From contig NZ_DS995298.1 of the NCBI RefSeq assembly GCF_000155895.1, forward strand, positions 1,200,001-1,232,000: a stretch of 32,000 nucleotides of DNA. Direction: 5' to 3'. Every line of letters starts with the position of its first letter. Position 1 is the stretch's first letter. The notes under the pieces were generated by a model, which was not told where the DNA came from, made no database searches, and saw only the letters and a program-made list of their open reading frames with translations. Of this stretch, positions 31,155 through 32,000 are shown piece by piece. The position numbers were made by a program, and so were the translations under genes. Source of the stretch: Candidatus Pelagibacter sp. HTCC7211. GTDB taxonomy: Bacteria > Pseudomonadota > Alphaproteobacteria > Pelagibacterales > Pelagibacteraceae.

Positions 31155-32000
31155 ATGCCAAAAAATCTTTCACAAATAGCAAAACAAAAAAAAATAAAAT
31201 ATTTTTTAATAAGTTTTGTTGATCTGTTTGGGGTTTTAAGATCAAAATTAGTGCCGGCACAAGCAATTGCTGAAATGCAAAAAAATGGAGCTGGATTTGC
31301 TGGATTTGCAACTTGGTTAGATATGACACCAGCAGACAGTGATATGTTTGGTGTACCAGACCCTGATAGTTTAATTCAATTACCTTGGAATAAAGAAGTA
31401 GGTTGGTTGGCATCAGATTTATATATGGACGGTAAACCTGTAAAAGCGTCTCCAAGAGTAATGTTAAAAGAACAAATAAAAAAAATGTCACAAAAAAAAT
31501 TACAGATGAAGTCTGGTGTTGAATGTGAATATTTTTTAATTTCAGAAGATGGTTCTTCAATTGCAGATAAAAGAGATATTCAATCTAAGCCTTGTTATGA
31601 TCAATCAGCTTTAATGAGAAGATATGAATTAATTAAAGAAATTTGTGATTGCATGATTGCAATGGGTTGGAAGCCATATCAAAACGATCATGAAGACGCT
31701 AATGGACAATTTGAAATGAATTGGGATTATACAGATGCTCTAATAACCGCAGATAGACATGTATTTTTTAAATATATGGTTAAAAGCTTAGCGGAAAAAC
31801 ATGGTTTAAGAGCAACTTTTATGCCAAAACCATTCCACAATCTGACTGGAAATGGATGTCATGCGCATGTCTCAGTTTGGAATGGAAAGAATAATAAATT
31901 TTTAGATAAAAAAAATAATCTTGGATTAAGTAAATTAGCCTATAATTTCTTGGGTGGTATTATGAATAACACGCAGGCATTATCTGCGTTTTTTAACCCA
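31155..32000 (+). CDS. gmaS: Gamma-glutamylmethylamide synthetase / type III glutamine synthetase-like ligase, N-terminal 282 codons (runs off the window)
   Basis: Absent from the ORF track because it is open at the 3' edge. My translation from the ATG at 31155 is MPKNLSQIAKQKKIKYFLISFVDLFGVLRSKLVP...GVECEYFLI...NDHEDANGQFEMNW...FMPKPFHNLTGNGCHAHVSVW, which carries the GS catalytic motifs. Its position after mgsC matches characterised NMG-pathway clusters. Confidence 0.72.
   Translation, partial: MPKNLSQIAKQKKIKYFLISFVDLFGVLRSKLVPAQAIAEMQKNGAGFAGFATWLDMTPADSDMFGVPDPDSLIQLPWNKEVGWLASDLYMDGKPVKASPRVMLKEQIKKMSQKKLQMKSGVECEYFLISEDGSSIADKRDIQSKPCYDQSALMRRYELIKEICDCMIAMGWKPYQNDHEDANGQFEMNWDYTDALITADRHVFFKYMVKSLAEKHGLRATFMPKPFHNLTGNGCHAHVSVWNGKNNKFLDKKNNLGLSKLAYNFLGGIMNNTQALSAFFNP

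Noticed and set aside
31153-31560. 135-aa minus-strand ORF from the track
   Set aside because: It is antisense to a clear GS-family gene on the + strand (ATG at 31155) that the track missed only because that gene runs off the window. The minus-strand product is Leu/Gln/Phe-rich with no motifs.
1-32000. Scan for tRNA/rRNA genes, CRISPR repeats, IS elements, integrases, and toxin-antitoxin or defence genes
   Set aside because: No periodic direct repeats, no cloverleaf-like GC-rich segments of about 75 nt, and no transposase, integrase or nuclease-like ORFs were seen. All long ORFs are metabolic or transport genes.

Overview
Strongly AT-rich, tightly packed bacterial window with tiny spacers and many ATGA/TAATG stop-start overlaps. 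No rRNA, tRNA, CRISPR array or mobile element was seen. Composition and gene content look like a Pelagibacterales (SAR11)-type alphaproteobacterium; that assignment is inference. Positions 1-13710 are all on the minus strand. They carry a glycerol module: a gpsA-like fragment, a DUF2160 protein, two permeases, two ATPases, a 575-aa binding protein and glpK. Directly abutting it is a betaine-family ABC transporter that I read as the TMAO importer tmoX/tmoV/tmoW, with three small exported or membrane proteins inserted between tmoX and tmoV. Positions 13821-16496 (+) hold TMAO demethylase (tdm, DUF1989+GcvT fusion) translationally coupled to a small MarR-like wHTH protein. Positions 16531-19524 (-) hold mcl-mtkA-mtkB (malyl-CoA lyase and malate thiokinase). 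The right half (+) holds two paralogous modules, each a GS-like ligase plus a split glutamate-synthase-like trio, flanking an Amt transporter. Module 2 (28231-32000) has the canonical mgsA-mgsB-mgsC-gmaS order of the N-methylglutamate methylamine pathway. Module 1 (19668-26238) is the most interesting object. It has a different architecture: a SoxB/DAO-like flavoprotein, a 489-aa GS-like ligase, then the trio, then an unknown 138-aa protein. Its FMN subunit keeps a Cys-x2-Cys-His-x3-Cys iron-sulfur-type motif that the module 2 paralog has lost. I propose it as an uncharacterised amine-processing or N-assimilation system linked to tdm. Other leads are a 76-aa membrane protein with a strong SD in the position glnK usually occupies after amt, a 25-nt near-identical promoter-like block upstream of both tdm and module 1, coherent asymmetric degeneration of the two glycerol-transporter ATPases, and hairpin attenuators after both binding-protein genes.
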